A stretch of 63,364 nt of DNA, counting the filler, from Chrysochromulina tobinii (taxonomy: Eukaryota), in NCBI GenBank assembly GCA_001275005.1. It is 6 parts of 6 records of this genome, joined end to end, with 100 filler letters (N's around TTAATTAATTAA, not from the genome) between each part and the next. Parts side by side here need not be neighbours in the genome. Positions count along the whole stretch, not along the records: positions 14,928 to 27,323 come from JWZX01001445.1; positions 27,424 to 47,888 come from JWZX01001446.1; 4 more parts are not named here. One strand, written 5' to 3'. The notes under the pieces are model-generated. The model did no database searches. It was not told the DNA's origin and saw only the letters and a program-made list of their open reading frames with translations. Each line of letters starts with the position of its first letter. Position 1 is the first letter of the stretch. Shown piece after piece: positions 23,151-34,700 of the stretch. A program made the position numbers and the translations under genes.

Positions 23151-26100
23151 CACGACCTGCTCGCGACTCGGGTGGCGTCAAATTCGACTTCACGACCGTT
23201 CAGTCGCGGTGTGGCTACTTCCAGGGGTGCCTCCTCTCTACCGAAAAGGCCAAGATTTTTATGGCCAGCCTCAGCGAGGCGATCGACACGCTGGTCGGCG
23301 GCGGCGGGGTTCGTCTGTGGAACGGCACTTTCCACGGGGGACGGCGGTACCCGAGCATTCTTTGCGCCGACGACCTGCTTGGTAGCTTGACGAGCTGGGT
23401 GGCTGGCATCGTCTTCATTCGCCTTCTGGACGAGTGGGCCGACGTCTCGGCTAGCCACTTTGGCATCGCCGACGACGCGTCCAAGACTACGTTCTCTGCC
23501 ATCTTTGTCGATGGCTCCGGCGTGCCGCACGAAGCCCCGGCGCCGCCTGCATTCCTCGCCGCCGCGCGCATTGGTGGCCGCGCCATCCCGCGCCTCCCGT
23601 ACGACGCCGAGTACGCACACGTCGGCGATCGACGCAAGCTCAATGGCGATCAGAGCCCCACCCGGGGCAAAGCGGTTGGCCTCTGCATGGCGTGGCTCAA
23701 GCGCGTTGAGCAGATGTGCCGGTGCAGCCCTCGCGAGTTTGCTCATGCCACGACCGTCGGCCTCGCTTCCATCATCGACGCGTACGCCCCGTTTGCGCCG
23801 TTGACTTTTGCGCAAGCCGAGGCAATTGAAAAGGTCCGGCGCGCCATTCATAAGCGACGCTTCCGCGGGCTGGTATCTGCAGCCTGTGCTGACCGGTATC
23901 TACCTGATGCTCTGCACGCGGCTCCACAGTACGGCCTCCTCACGGCAGGCCTTCTTGAGGCCTTGCGCGTTGGCGATGGGTGGATGCACTGCGCCTCTCT
24001 CAACGCCGCCAGCATCCACGCAGTTATCTCCGACGCCATCTCCGATGGCATCGACAGTCAGCTTCGATTCTGTGCCCGGGCGCTTCTTTCCCTTACGTGC
24101 TTTCTCTGGGGCAGCTTTGGTGCCCATCCGGCCACTTGGTCTTGGGTACATCTTGAACATCTTCTTGCAAACCCAGATCCGTCCGTTGGCTCCTCCTCGG
24201 TGGGCCGTGTCTACGCCACCGAGGTCTACATGAAAAACGTAGCTTTGCTTCGCCGACTCGCCGCATTGACCAACGGAGATCTAGCGCCCTCGTTCAACTT
24301 CACCTTCGAACACGTACCGCCCGCTGGAGATCCCTTTGATCGGACCGCCCTCATCTACTCTTCCAAGCTGGCGCATGATACCCTACGTTTGTTTGAGGGC
24401 GACCTTATCTCGGAAACCACGTGCGTGCAACTTGGGCGACGTCGTCGACCGGTGTGGCTTCTCCTCTCCGCAGGCATTGTCGTCCGGTCGCATGTATGTC
24501 GTGCGGACGGCTCCGACTTTATGACCTTTGCTGAAGCGGCACTGGTCGTTCCTGCGTTTGCGCGACGTGCGGGTACTACGCTCCTCGCCTCGCAACGCGC
24601 GTGGGATCAACTGATTACCGACCTTCGCGATCTCGACGTCGAGTCGGTCCCGAGAGAAGCCGTCCTCGACGCTCAGGCGATTTGGAGGGGCACGTCGTTT
24701 AACATGGCCGGAGCGCCTGACGGCTCCGCCGGCACTGGGCCTCGCGACGAGCTCGACGACCTCATCCAGCGCATGGCGAAAGGTGACGTCGCCGCCGCGA
24801 GCGAGTGGACGGCTGCTTATCGCACCTGGTCCGCGGCACCGCCTCCCCCGCGATGCGAACGGCCGCTGCCGTCACCCACCGCTGCGGAACTCTGCGGCCC
24901 CCACACTCGATTTCTCGTCCCTGCGCGCGGGGGCGAGATTGAGACCATTGTTCGAGGACGGCCCGCTCCTCCCTGCTCTGCGGCTGATGCGGCCGTGCTT
25001 GCGCGGTTCCGGTCGCAATCGTGGCGCGTCGCCCGCGACGGCCGCTCGATTGCCTGCTCACACGGCACCGAGCTCCAGCAGGCGTCCGTCATCGTACAAC
25101 TCTACGCGGCCGCGCTCCCCATCGCCATCGCTGCGTTTGATCGAGAGCAAGCAGCCAAGGCTCAACGTCGTCTCAAAGTCAACGAGAAGCGCAACCTCGC
25201 TGGACTTGACCCGCTGCCGCCCGATGAGCCTACTCCCGAGGAGATTTCCTGGCAAGGGGGACCGGGCTTCTGTGTCGCTCTCGCCAATGCTACCCTCGAC
25301 GAGATGCTCGCCGATGAACAGCGCCAAGGGTTCGCCTACACGGCCGCGGTCGTTGGCGACGGGTCGTGGGACCCTCGGCGGAAGCGCCTCTCTCGCGCCG
25401 CGCTGATGCACACCGGTGCATGTCTCGGCGGTGCTCTCGACGCCGACGACTTGATTGGAGGCACCCGCGACAATTACGATGCCGAGCTCGCGCACCGCGT
25501 CGATGCGCTCGCAAGGCTCGAGGGACAGCGCGTTTTCTATATCTTTGACTCCACCTCTCCCATTCTCGCAGGGGAGCACTTTCGCCGCCTGAGCCTCCCA
25601 GCTCGTTCACGCATGCTCTGCGACAACTGGCTCGCCTGGGCCATGGCGTTTGAGCAGCGCCTCGAAACGCTCACCTACTGGTGGTCGCACTCTCACTGCG
25701 GCCACTTGCCCGAAGCCGCCTTCGACGCGCTCGCCAAATCGTTTCTCTCGGGCGATCCGGTGCCCCTTCCTCGCCCTCTCGAACCTCCTCGCCACCGGTC
25801 CATTCGGCACTATGCCAAGGGCTCCGAGCGCGACCTCATGCTCCACGTGTACAATTTACACGTCGTGCGGACGCACTACACCACGCCCTCTTCGATGTTC
25901 GCACGCCCAGGGTGCCTCGAGTTTCTGCGGGTTGCCAAGCTCAACGACCAGCAGCGCTCCACCGTGCTGGCTGTTCGGGATGATCGAGTACGGCTCTTGG
26001 GCAGCCGCGTCTTTCGTGACACGGGTCCGCACTCCCTCGGAGCGGTGCTTACCAAACTAGGCTGCCCGTGCGGCAAGGGGCGACAGACTGTCGAGCATGT

Positions 26101-27323
26101 TCTCTGGGAGTGCGAGCTCTCCAGCGTCGTCACGCGGCGCGCGACGCTCCTCACTCCTGCCTGCACCGCCCTTGGTACCGCGCTCGATCGCTGCGAACCC
26201 ATCACACGCGATCACGCCGTCTCCTCGATTGCGCACCGTGCTCTTGAACGCGGACAACGTCCGGAGGCGTACCGTACGCTAACGGGTGCTGGGACACCCT
26301 TGAGCATCTCGCGAGACGAGGCGCGACAGGCCGCTCTCGCGCACGTGCTCGGCGTCGTTCAGGAGCCTTTGAACTGGTTTCGCCCGACCATCCAGCTCGC
26401 CCGCCCTCTCCTCCATGCCTCTCTTGCTATGATTGCTGCCGCGATTCAGGCCTCCACGACCACACTTCGGCACGCAATCCTCACCAGCCGTCGCCGAATG
26501 ACACTCTACTGCGCCCTACAGCGGCTTCGGTATCAGACTTGGACCCACCCTAAGCCAGCAGGCACGCCGTGCAGGTGCTGTGCAATTCCCGGCTCGCCCG
26601 CGCCGGGCGTTCACGTCCTAGGGTCGCGCCGTCCGATCGATGGTGCCCGCGCCGTTCAAGCTGTTCAACAGCGGGAAGGCGTCCGCGCCCAGGGTCCCCC
26701 CCAGCTCTCGAGCATTCGCTCTTTCGTCACTCGTGCTCGCGAGGAGGCGTTCCAATCGAGCAGCGCTGCTCGCGAGGTCTCTTTTCGGCTACAGCAGGAT
26801 TGCCTCGCACGGGACGACGACGCATCCGCCGCGCTTGCACGAGCCAACGACGCTCGGGCGCTTGCTGACGACGCTCGGGCGTCTGCTGACGACGCTCTGG
26901 CGCTTGCTGATGCCCTCGACGGGATCGACGAACTTTCTTCTACGCAAGCATGTGCAGACGCGGAGCGTGCACGCGCAGACGCGGAGCGTGCACGTGCAGA
27001 CGCGGAGCGGGCACTCGCTGCGCATCGCGCGGCCGCCATCGAAGCCGCCAATGCTGCTCGACTCTCGAACGCGGCGGACGCCCGCTATCGTGCCCTCGAT
27101 TCGCACGCCCATCGTGTCTCGGACTTCACGTATTTCGCCGCCCAACATGTCTCCGGTATCATTCTCGACAGCCAACGTGCAGCGGTTCGATCACATCGGG
27201 CTCAGAAAGCGGCCGCGGCGGCGAGGGCGGCGGCGACGCCGCGCCTCACCCCTGCGGAACGCCGGGTGCTCACGGTCCAGCGTAAGCGGCGGCGAAGGGA
27301 GGAGCAGGAGGCAGACTCAACCG
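23150..27323 (+). mobile_element. 5'-truncated non-LTR retrotransposon ORF2 (partial RT, RNase H-like domain, CCHC zinc finger)
   Basis: RT motifs GYFQGCLLS, LCADDL, SKT and YAHVG. RNase H-like VVGDGS...AE...IFDS...SHCG...D. Zinc finger CPCG...EHVLWEC. Upstream RT motifs and endonuclease are absent. Confidence 0.8.
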
Positions 27324-27802
27324 NNNNNNNNNNNNNNNNNNNNNNNNNNNNNNNNNNNNNNNNNNNNTTAATTAATTAANNNNNNNNNNNNNNNNNNNNN
27401 NNNNNNNNNNNNNNNNNNNNNNNGTTCCGAGATCTGTCGATTGGCACCCTGCATTATGGTGCATTATCTCGCTAATAATGCGTAATAACGATGGTAATCA
27501 AGTTGCCCCGCCGACGCGAGAGCACCCCCGTCGCCGTTACACCCCCGTCGACTACCCTTGTTCCTTTCTTTATTCCATATTCGCGAATTCGTATTCCGGA
27601 GTTTCCCGTGCCGGCGTGGTCTGGCGTCTGCGGCCAGTGCGCGGGTCGCCGTGCGATGTGGATCAAGAATCAACTATCATGTTACAGCTTACACATGATG
27701 ATCACAATTCACATATAAATTGTAATGTCAAATGTGATATTTTTGTTCAGAAACGAAAGCTTCTTCTTTATACAGTTTCCTCACTCGCCCTGCCGACTTA
27801 AC

Positions 27803-28942
27803 CTAATTCAGGGTAGCAGGCGTCTTCGTCAAGCCGCCGTTGACGCTGGTCGCGGACGCCCCCGCTGAGCTGCTGATGTTGAGGGTCAGAGTGCCTGAGC
27901 CCTTCGGCTTGCCGCCTGTACTCTGCGTGGGGCTCGAAGCGCCCGCATTGGCCGTCGTCTTGGCGGCGGCGGGATCGTCGGCCGAGCCGGCCGCCCCCTC
28001 TCGCAACCTCTGGGGTAGCGCGTACGAGCCGTTGATATTCGACTGGGATGCCTGGAAGCCCGCGGCCCCAACCTCCTTGACGATGCACTGCAGATCGCAC
28101 ACGCGCTCGCAGATGGCTTCTAGATAGCTCATGTGGTCATGCAGCTGCCCGGGACGGCGCGCCTTGGCGCAGCGGCCGTAGATGTTCTCGATGGCCATCT
28201 TGACCTCGCCCAGCCCGCGCGTGCTCTCCTTGGTTTTGTTGAACTGGGCGGAGAGGGATGCGTCCCGCCCTTGAATCTCAAAGCGCATCTTATCAACTTC
28301 GGTCTGCTTGCTCGCGATCTCCGAATTGTAGACGAGCATGTCGTTGGTGCGCTGCTTGATGTAGCTGTGCACCTCGGCATTCTCGGTCTCGAAATTCTTC
28401 TGGCCGTGCAAGACGCGCCCGCTCAAGTCAGCATGCGCAGCCGAGAGCGTCTCGTACCGCATCGTGATGTTCTCGATGCCCTCAAAGTACTCGGCCATCG
28501 CCGGATCTTCGACGACGGAGTCGAGGAAGCGCTGATACTTGCTGTTTTTCTCCACCTCGGCCTTGAGCGCCAGCCGCTTCTGGTCCTCGCGCTGCAAAAA
28601 CTGGATGAGCTCCTGCTTCTCGCGCTCCTTCTGCTCCGCCGCCTTGCGCTCCTCCTGGACCTTGCGGTCCGCGCGCACGCGTTTCGCGTCGTTATCCTTG
28701 AGGAACTTGTCAAACTTTTGCACCTGCTCCTTGATGTCCTCCTGCCGCGACGCAAGGGCGACCTCCTTCTCCTGACACCGCTGCATGCGTGAGCGGAATT
28801 CCTCCTTCTTGCGGTCGAGCTGCTGCTGAACTTCGGCCATCTCCTTGAGTTTTTGCAGCAGCAGCGTCGATTGCGACGCTTGTGGCAGGTCGTCCAAAGG
28901 CGGCTGCGTCACGAAGCCGCTGCCGGTGATCATCGGGTTCAT
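27803..28942 (-). CDS. CFAP73: Cilia/flagella-associated coiled-coil protein, CFAP73/CCDC42 family (DUF4200)
   Basis: STLLLQKLKEM...KKEEF..RM...KFDKFLKDNDAKRVRA signature. Confidence 0.8.
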   Translation of the reverse strand: MNPMITGSGFVTQPPLDDLPQASQSTLLLQKLKEMAEVQQQLDRKKEEFRSRMQRCQEKEVALASRQEDIKEQVQKFDKFLKDNDAKRVRADRKVQEERKAAEQKEREKQELIQFLQREDQKRLALKAEVEKNSKYQRFLDSVVEDPAMAEYFEGIENITMRYETLSAAHADLSGRVLHGQKNFETENAEVHSYIKQRTNDMLVYNSEIASKQTEVDKMRFEIQGRDASLSAQFNKTKESTRGLGEVKMAIENIYGRCAKARRPGQLHDHMSYLEAICERVCDLQCIVKEVGAAGFQASQSNINGSYALPQRLREGAAGSADDPAAAKTTANAGASSPTQSTGGKPKGSGTLTLNISSSAGASATSVNGGLTKTPATLN

Positions 28943-29234
28943 GGTGAAGAGGCCACCGCAGCCCAGGCCAGCACCACCCTAACGACGGAAAACACGTTTT
29001 CCCCACAGGCCGCGCAGACTCGGTTGGAATCCTTTCTTCCCTCACTCCATGCGTCGTCGCCTCTTCGGAGTGAATAGAATATATTTGACAGACTCATCCT
29101 GATAACTTGACAAGAGACGGTTTTCGTCAAGCCAACTCTGATTTTGGAAAATCGCAATTCAGGGGAGCGCTGGCTGCGCTCGGAGGCGGCACACGCACGA
29201 ACGCTCAGGCGTGATTCGGTTCACCAAGCAAGCC

Positions 29235-31366
29235 ATGTTTGGCCGGATGAAGAAGGGCCACTTCGGTGGTTTGACTCCGCCACTGCCGGTGGACGAGAGC
29301 AGCAATGCGCCGGAGGCGGGCTCCTCTTCCGATGACGCCGTTGGAACTGAAGATGTAGTGGGATCGAAGAGGCCCCATCATCCGCCGGAAGTTCCAAAAG
29401 GCGAAGCAGCACCAGCAGCACCAGCAACGCTGAAGCTCAGCATGCCACCGCAGCACCAGCACCAATCAACACAGAGTCCTTTCGGTGCAGGGCTGCCCCC
29501 ACCGTCGGCCGCAACGATGGTGCCCTTGGCGGCGGCGCCGCCGCCGAAGCTGCAGGCCTCCAAGAGCGCGCTCTCAAACTTGAAGCTCCAAATCCCCGAT
29601 GCGGTGATGAAGGCGAGCGGGACAAGATTGACCTGCTGCACAGAGTGCGGGATGCGGGCTCAGCGCACGTTTGGCGAGTGCTCGCGCTGCTTCGGCATAA
29701 GCGTGTCGGCCGCATACTTGGGCCTTCGGCTGCTGCTGGCGGTGCCGCTCGGGCTGGCCGTCGGCGCGGCGGTGCTAGCGCTGCAGCTGCTCCTGTTCCT
29801 CGCGCTGCTGCTGCTGCTGCCGCTCGCGGCGCTCTTCGGCCTTCTGATGCCCGCCGAGAATGAGACACGCGCCAGCCCGATGGCGCTGCCCTCGAGACAC
29901 GTGGTCATACTCGGAGGCGGGGAAGGGCTCACGCGCGAGATCGCGCTCGAGTGCGTGCGGCGCGGCGCCGACGTCACCGTCCTCGCCGCCGAGTCGGACG
30001 CCCTCACTGCGACCTACGAGCTCATGAAAACGATTTCCCTCGAGCGACCGACGCAGGTGAGCGGTGCAAGGGCAGCAGCTGTGCTGCCTGCAAGTGCTCA
30101 CCACGGCGTCCTCACCTCTCCCCGCAGGCGAGCGAGCAACGCCAGCAGCTGCGCTGCTCGCCGCTCGAGCTCTCAGATGGGCCGATGGCCTGCTTCGTCG
30201 GGATGCAGAACGTGCTCGAGATCGTCGGCCGAATCGACTGCTTCGTGTGCCACCCGTCGGAGCTCTTTCTCGAGGTGCCCGGTGGTGTGAATGTGAAGAG
30301 AGGGACGTCGAACACTGGCAGCGACGGCGCTCAAGACGCCCACGACGGCGCTTCAGGCGCCCACGACGGCGCTTCAGGCGCCCCTGCAAGTGCGAACGCC
30401 CCTCTCGCCGATGCGCTCTGATGACGCCTCTGATGACCTCTCTGATGACGCCTCTGATGACATCCCTCATCAGGTGCAAGTGCGATCGCTCCTCTCGCCG
30501 ATGCGCGCATTGCCGAGGCGGTTCTGTGCTGCGTGTGGGCTGTACGCGCCATCGTATTCCCCATGCAACGGCAGGCGCACGGGCGCGTGATGGTGCTCGG
30601 CACGGCGCCTCCAGCTGCCTCGGCCGTGACTCGCCTCTCGTACAAGCTCGCTATGCAACGGCTCGCGCGCTCGCTCCGCGCCGAGTTGGGCGAGTTTGCC
30701 ATCCCCGTCTCGCTCGCATCGCCCCTCGGTGCCGATGAACCCTCGCCCAGGCGCGCCGACGCCAGCAGCGGCAGTGGCAGCAGCGGTGGCAGCGGCGGCA
30801 GCGGCGGCGGTTACGGCGGCGGCGGCGGCGGCTACGGCGGCGGCGGCGGCAGCTGCGCCGGGTGCTGGGCCGGCGCGTCGTCTCGGGCACCTCACCCCCT
30901 TGAGTACGCGGGCCACGTGGTGAGCAGCATGCTCGAAGGGGGTGCCCTCCATCTTCCCCAGCATGCAAGCGCTCACCACGGCGCCCTCTCCTCTCCCCAC
31001 AGGTGAGCAGCATGCTCGAGGGGGTGCCCTACATCTTCCCCCCCGGTGGCAGTCGACCGACGATGCGTTCCGGGTTGGGCGCCGTACTGGGCGCCCCGCT
31101 CGGCTACAATCGGCTCTGGCTGACGCTGCTGCTGCTGCACGCCTTCTCGCTGCCCATCGCCTCGCTCTACGAGGTAGGCCTACCGACCGCGTGGCTGCCC
31201 AGCAAGCAAGTGCTCACCACGGCGCCCTCTCCTCTCCCCACAGGTGGGCCTACCGACCGCGTGGCGCGAGGCCTGCACTCGCGCCCGCCTGCGCCTCGAG
31301 ACTTTCAGAACACAAAAGGAAGCTGCTAGACAGGGCTTCGCTCCCCTGCAAGAGCTCGAGGCGTAG
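29235..31366 (+). CDS. Membrane-anchored divergent SDR (KDSR-like fold). Introns 30057-30127, ~30378-30473 (donor uncertain), 30920-31002 and 31174-31243
   Basis: TM segment followed by HVVILGGGEGLTREIALECVRRGADVTVLA, GRIDCFV, PMQRQAHGRVMVLG and YKLAMQRLARSLRAELG. Splicing restores one continuous frame to TAG at 31366. Confidence 0.65.
30057..30127 (+). mobile_element. Introner-like intron, family A (GCAAGTGCTCACCACGGCG cassette). Other copies at 30920-31002, 31174-31243, 37095-37175 and 39331-39405
   Basis: A near-identical ~40-nt 3' cassette in five introns of three unrelated genes. In four of them the 5' part copies the downstream exon. Confidence 0.75.
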
Positions 31367-31744
31367 CGCCGTCCCGGGCAGATGTGCGTGTGGCTCATAT
31401 CATTCTCACATCTGGTCAGTATCTGCGGCGTACCCTCACGCTCGCAGGCGACGGCGGCAGCAGTCGACGAAAGTCTGCGGGATGCGAGATGCAGATAGTT
31501 TTGATCCCTTTACGCCATACGGTGAGTGCAGGGATGTGAGTCTGTGTCATTTTGGGGCCTGGCTCGTTACCCGGTACGTGTGTGGGTGAATTTAAAACAG
31601 GACCACACAGTACAGCGGCGCTCATGCAGGCGCGTCCCCGGGGGGGCGCGCTTACATGTGTGGGAAACACAGACTACAAACTCCGTCCTCACACCAATCC
31701 CTCACGGTGGAGACTTGTGTGCGCGGCCCAAGGGTGCGCGCGCG

Positions 31745-34700
31745 ATGTTGCACCTCATCGAGCAGGATTTGCGTGCGTTATCCGAGGTGCGCGATGCCCG
31801 CAAGTTTCCCGAGGTCAAGGAGGCGGCGGAACGGGCCCTTCTGCGTCTCCGCAGCATTGCGAAGGCCACTTCACCCTCTGCGCCAGCTGCGGAGCAGGCC
31901 CAGCAGGTGGCAGCCTCGGAGGAAATCCTCGTGCCCTTCATGCTTGCGCTTGCGAGCAAGAGCGAAGGGCTGCCGCTGGCAGCACTTGGTTCCGTCCAGC
32001 GCATGATCTCACACAATGCGGTCGCACCGCAACGGTTGCCGACAATCACGTCCCAGCTGATAGCACGGGCGCAGCTGCCCTCTGCGGACGAGCCCTCGCT
32101 CCTCAAGGTGTTGCAGACTGTGTTGACAATTGCCAGCTCTCCTGCACTCTTGCAATCGGACACGATCGTCGCACAACTTCTGCTACTGTGCCTGACGTTG
32201 CAGCAGTCCCGGGCGCCCACTGTCAAGGGTACGGCCTCGGCGATCGTTCAGCAATTCGTGGCGCTCCTGCTCGATCATGTGGCTGCCGAGGGCTTGCCAG
32301 CGGCGCCTGCTAAAGAGGGCGCTCTCGCGGCACCGACGGAGGAAGCGCTCAAATCTCTGAGTGTCGCGACGCGCTGTTCCTACCTCGCCATACGAGACCT
32401 GTGCTACTTGGCCAACGGCGAGCCCGCTCTCTGGCTACCGGGCTCTGGGCCCGTGGGCGTGCCATTCGCGCTCGAGGTCATTCAGCGCACGCTCCAGAGC
32501 CATAAGGCATTGTTCATCTCGCTCACGCCCTTCCGCTACTTGCTCCGTGAGCGCGTGTGTTCGCTGGTGCTCAAGACCATGCAGGCTCCGCAGCAAGAGT
32601 GGCCGGCGGCGCTGCGGCTGGCGCATCTCACCTCGACGCTCCTCTCGGGCTACGCCGCCGTGCTGCGCACGGAGTGCGAGATCCTCCTCTCGATGCTCGT
32701 CAAGACGGCCGCGGCCGAGGCCTCGCCCCTATGGCATCGGGCGCTCGCTCTCGAGGCTTGCCGGGTAGTTTCAGCGGACCCTCCGGGGCTCTACTCCCTC
32801 TTCGCGGCGTACGACATGGCCGCCAAGTCGGCGCCCCCCCCCAGCCTCACCAGCAGCCTCCGTGCTGAGCCCGCTGGCGTCTTCGCCTCCTTCGTCGCCT
32901 CCTTGTGCGGCCTGCTCAAGTCGCCGACGGTCAACTTTGCGATGCATGCCGAGTACATCGAGGCGCACTTTTTGCGCCAGCATCGCCAGATGCCCTCCGT
33001 CGAGCGGACCGCCACCTTCAACGTTGGGTTGTACTCCGAGGCCGATGGCACGCACCTCACCAATGATTACGCCGCATCGCTCGCCGTCGAGTGCCAAGTC
33101 TTCCTGGCGCGAGCAATCGGCTCCCTCGGCGAGACGCTGCGTGCCCGCGACGAGGCGGCGGCGGCGGACGATGCAGCCGGCGGACCGGCTACGAAGCCGT
33201 CGGCGTTGGAGAGCAAGTCGTCGGTGGCGCTCTCCGAGCCGATGGATCCGGCGGTGATGCGCGAGATGGTCGGCGTTTGTTGGCAGCCGCTCCTGTCCGC
33301 GCTCTCAGTCCTGATGGCACGCTTCAGCTCGGAAGAAGCGATCCAACTGATCCTTAAGTGCTATCAGGCCTTCACACAAGCCTGCGCGGCGCTGGAGCTC
33401 ACCGCGCCCAAAGAGGCCTTTCTGGCCTCCCTGTGCCATTCCTCTCTGCCGCAGGACCGGGCGTCGCGGGCGGGCGACACCACCTCCTTTTCTAGCCTCC
33501 AGGCCATGATCGACACCGCGTACGAGCCGCTGCCCCAGACGCGCCTCTCGGCGAAGAATGTGCAGGTGCGATCTCCTGGATGGTCCTTGATTTCGTTTGA
33601 TTGCGTGTGAATGCCCTCAACGCCGCGAAGAACGTGCAGGTGCGATCTCCCTTGATGGTCCTTGATTGCGTTTGATTGCGTTTGAATGCCCTCAACGCCG
33701 CGAAGAACGTGCAGGTGCGATCTCCCTTGATGGTCCTTGATTGCGTTTGATTGCGTTTGAATGCCCTCAACGCCGCGAAGAACGTGCAGGTGCAATCTCC
33801 CTGGATTGCGTCTGATTGCGTCTGATTGCGTCTGATTGCGTCTGATTGCGTCTGATTGCATCTGATTGCGTCTGATTGCGTCTGATTGCGTCTCACTGCC
33901 CTGTGTGCCGCGGAGCAGGCTCTCAAAGCGGTCTTCAACGTCGCGCACTGCATGGGAGACATGCTCGGCACCTCGTGGAATCTCGTGCTGAACGTGCTCG
34001 AGCACCTCGACAGGATCATTGCAAACTCGAAGACGACCACGGCCGGCGGGCAGACTACCATTGAGCGCGCCATCGCGACGGTCCACGGCGCGACTCCCGA
34101 GGCCACCTCGAACGAGCTCGCCATCCTGTCCGCGGCGCTCAACAACCTCTTTTCGGCGTCGACGAAGCTGAGCGACGTGGCGATCTCCCACTTCCTCACG
34201 GCGCTCTCGACGCAGAGCTTCTCCTCCCTCGCCCATGAGGCGACCTCCAAGGAGAAGCTCGCCACGCCTGGCTCGGCGGCGGCCCAGCCCACGCGCCTGT
34301 TTGCGCTCAACAAGTTTGTCGAGACCACGCTGATCAACCTGGAGCGTATCGCGGTGCTCTGGCCGATTGCGACGCAATTCTTGCTGCCCGTGGCCAACCA
34401 CCAAACGCAGCGGATCCGCGTCCTCGGTGTCGAGTCGCTCTCCAAGGTCGTCATCGCGGCGATGCGCCTCTACCTGAGCGACTCGCAGGCGATCGAGACG
34501 GGCTCGGGCGCGGAGGCGGCGCTCGGGACGGCGCGATGGCCACCGCACAAGGAGGGCAGCGCACGCGGCCTCGTGGGCACCTTTCCGAGCTCCTGGGACC
34601 GCGTGCTCCTCGCCCCCTTGGAGGAGTTGCAGCGTCGCTGCGCCTATCGTGAGACGCATGAGCGCATCTTGAGCTCCACTCACCAGGTACTGCAGGCATG

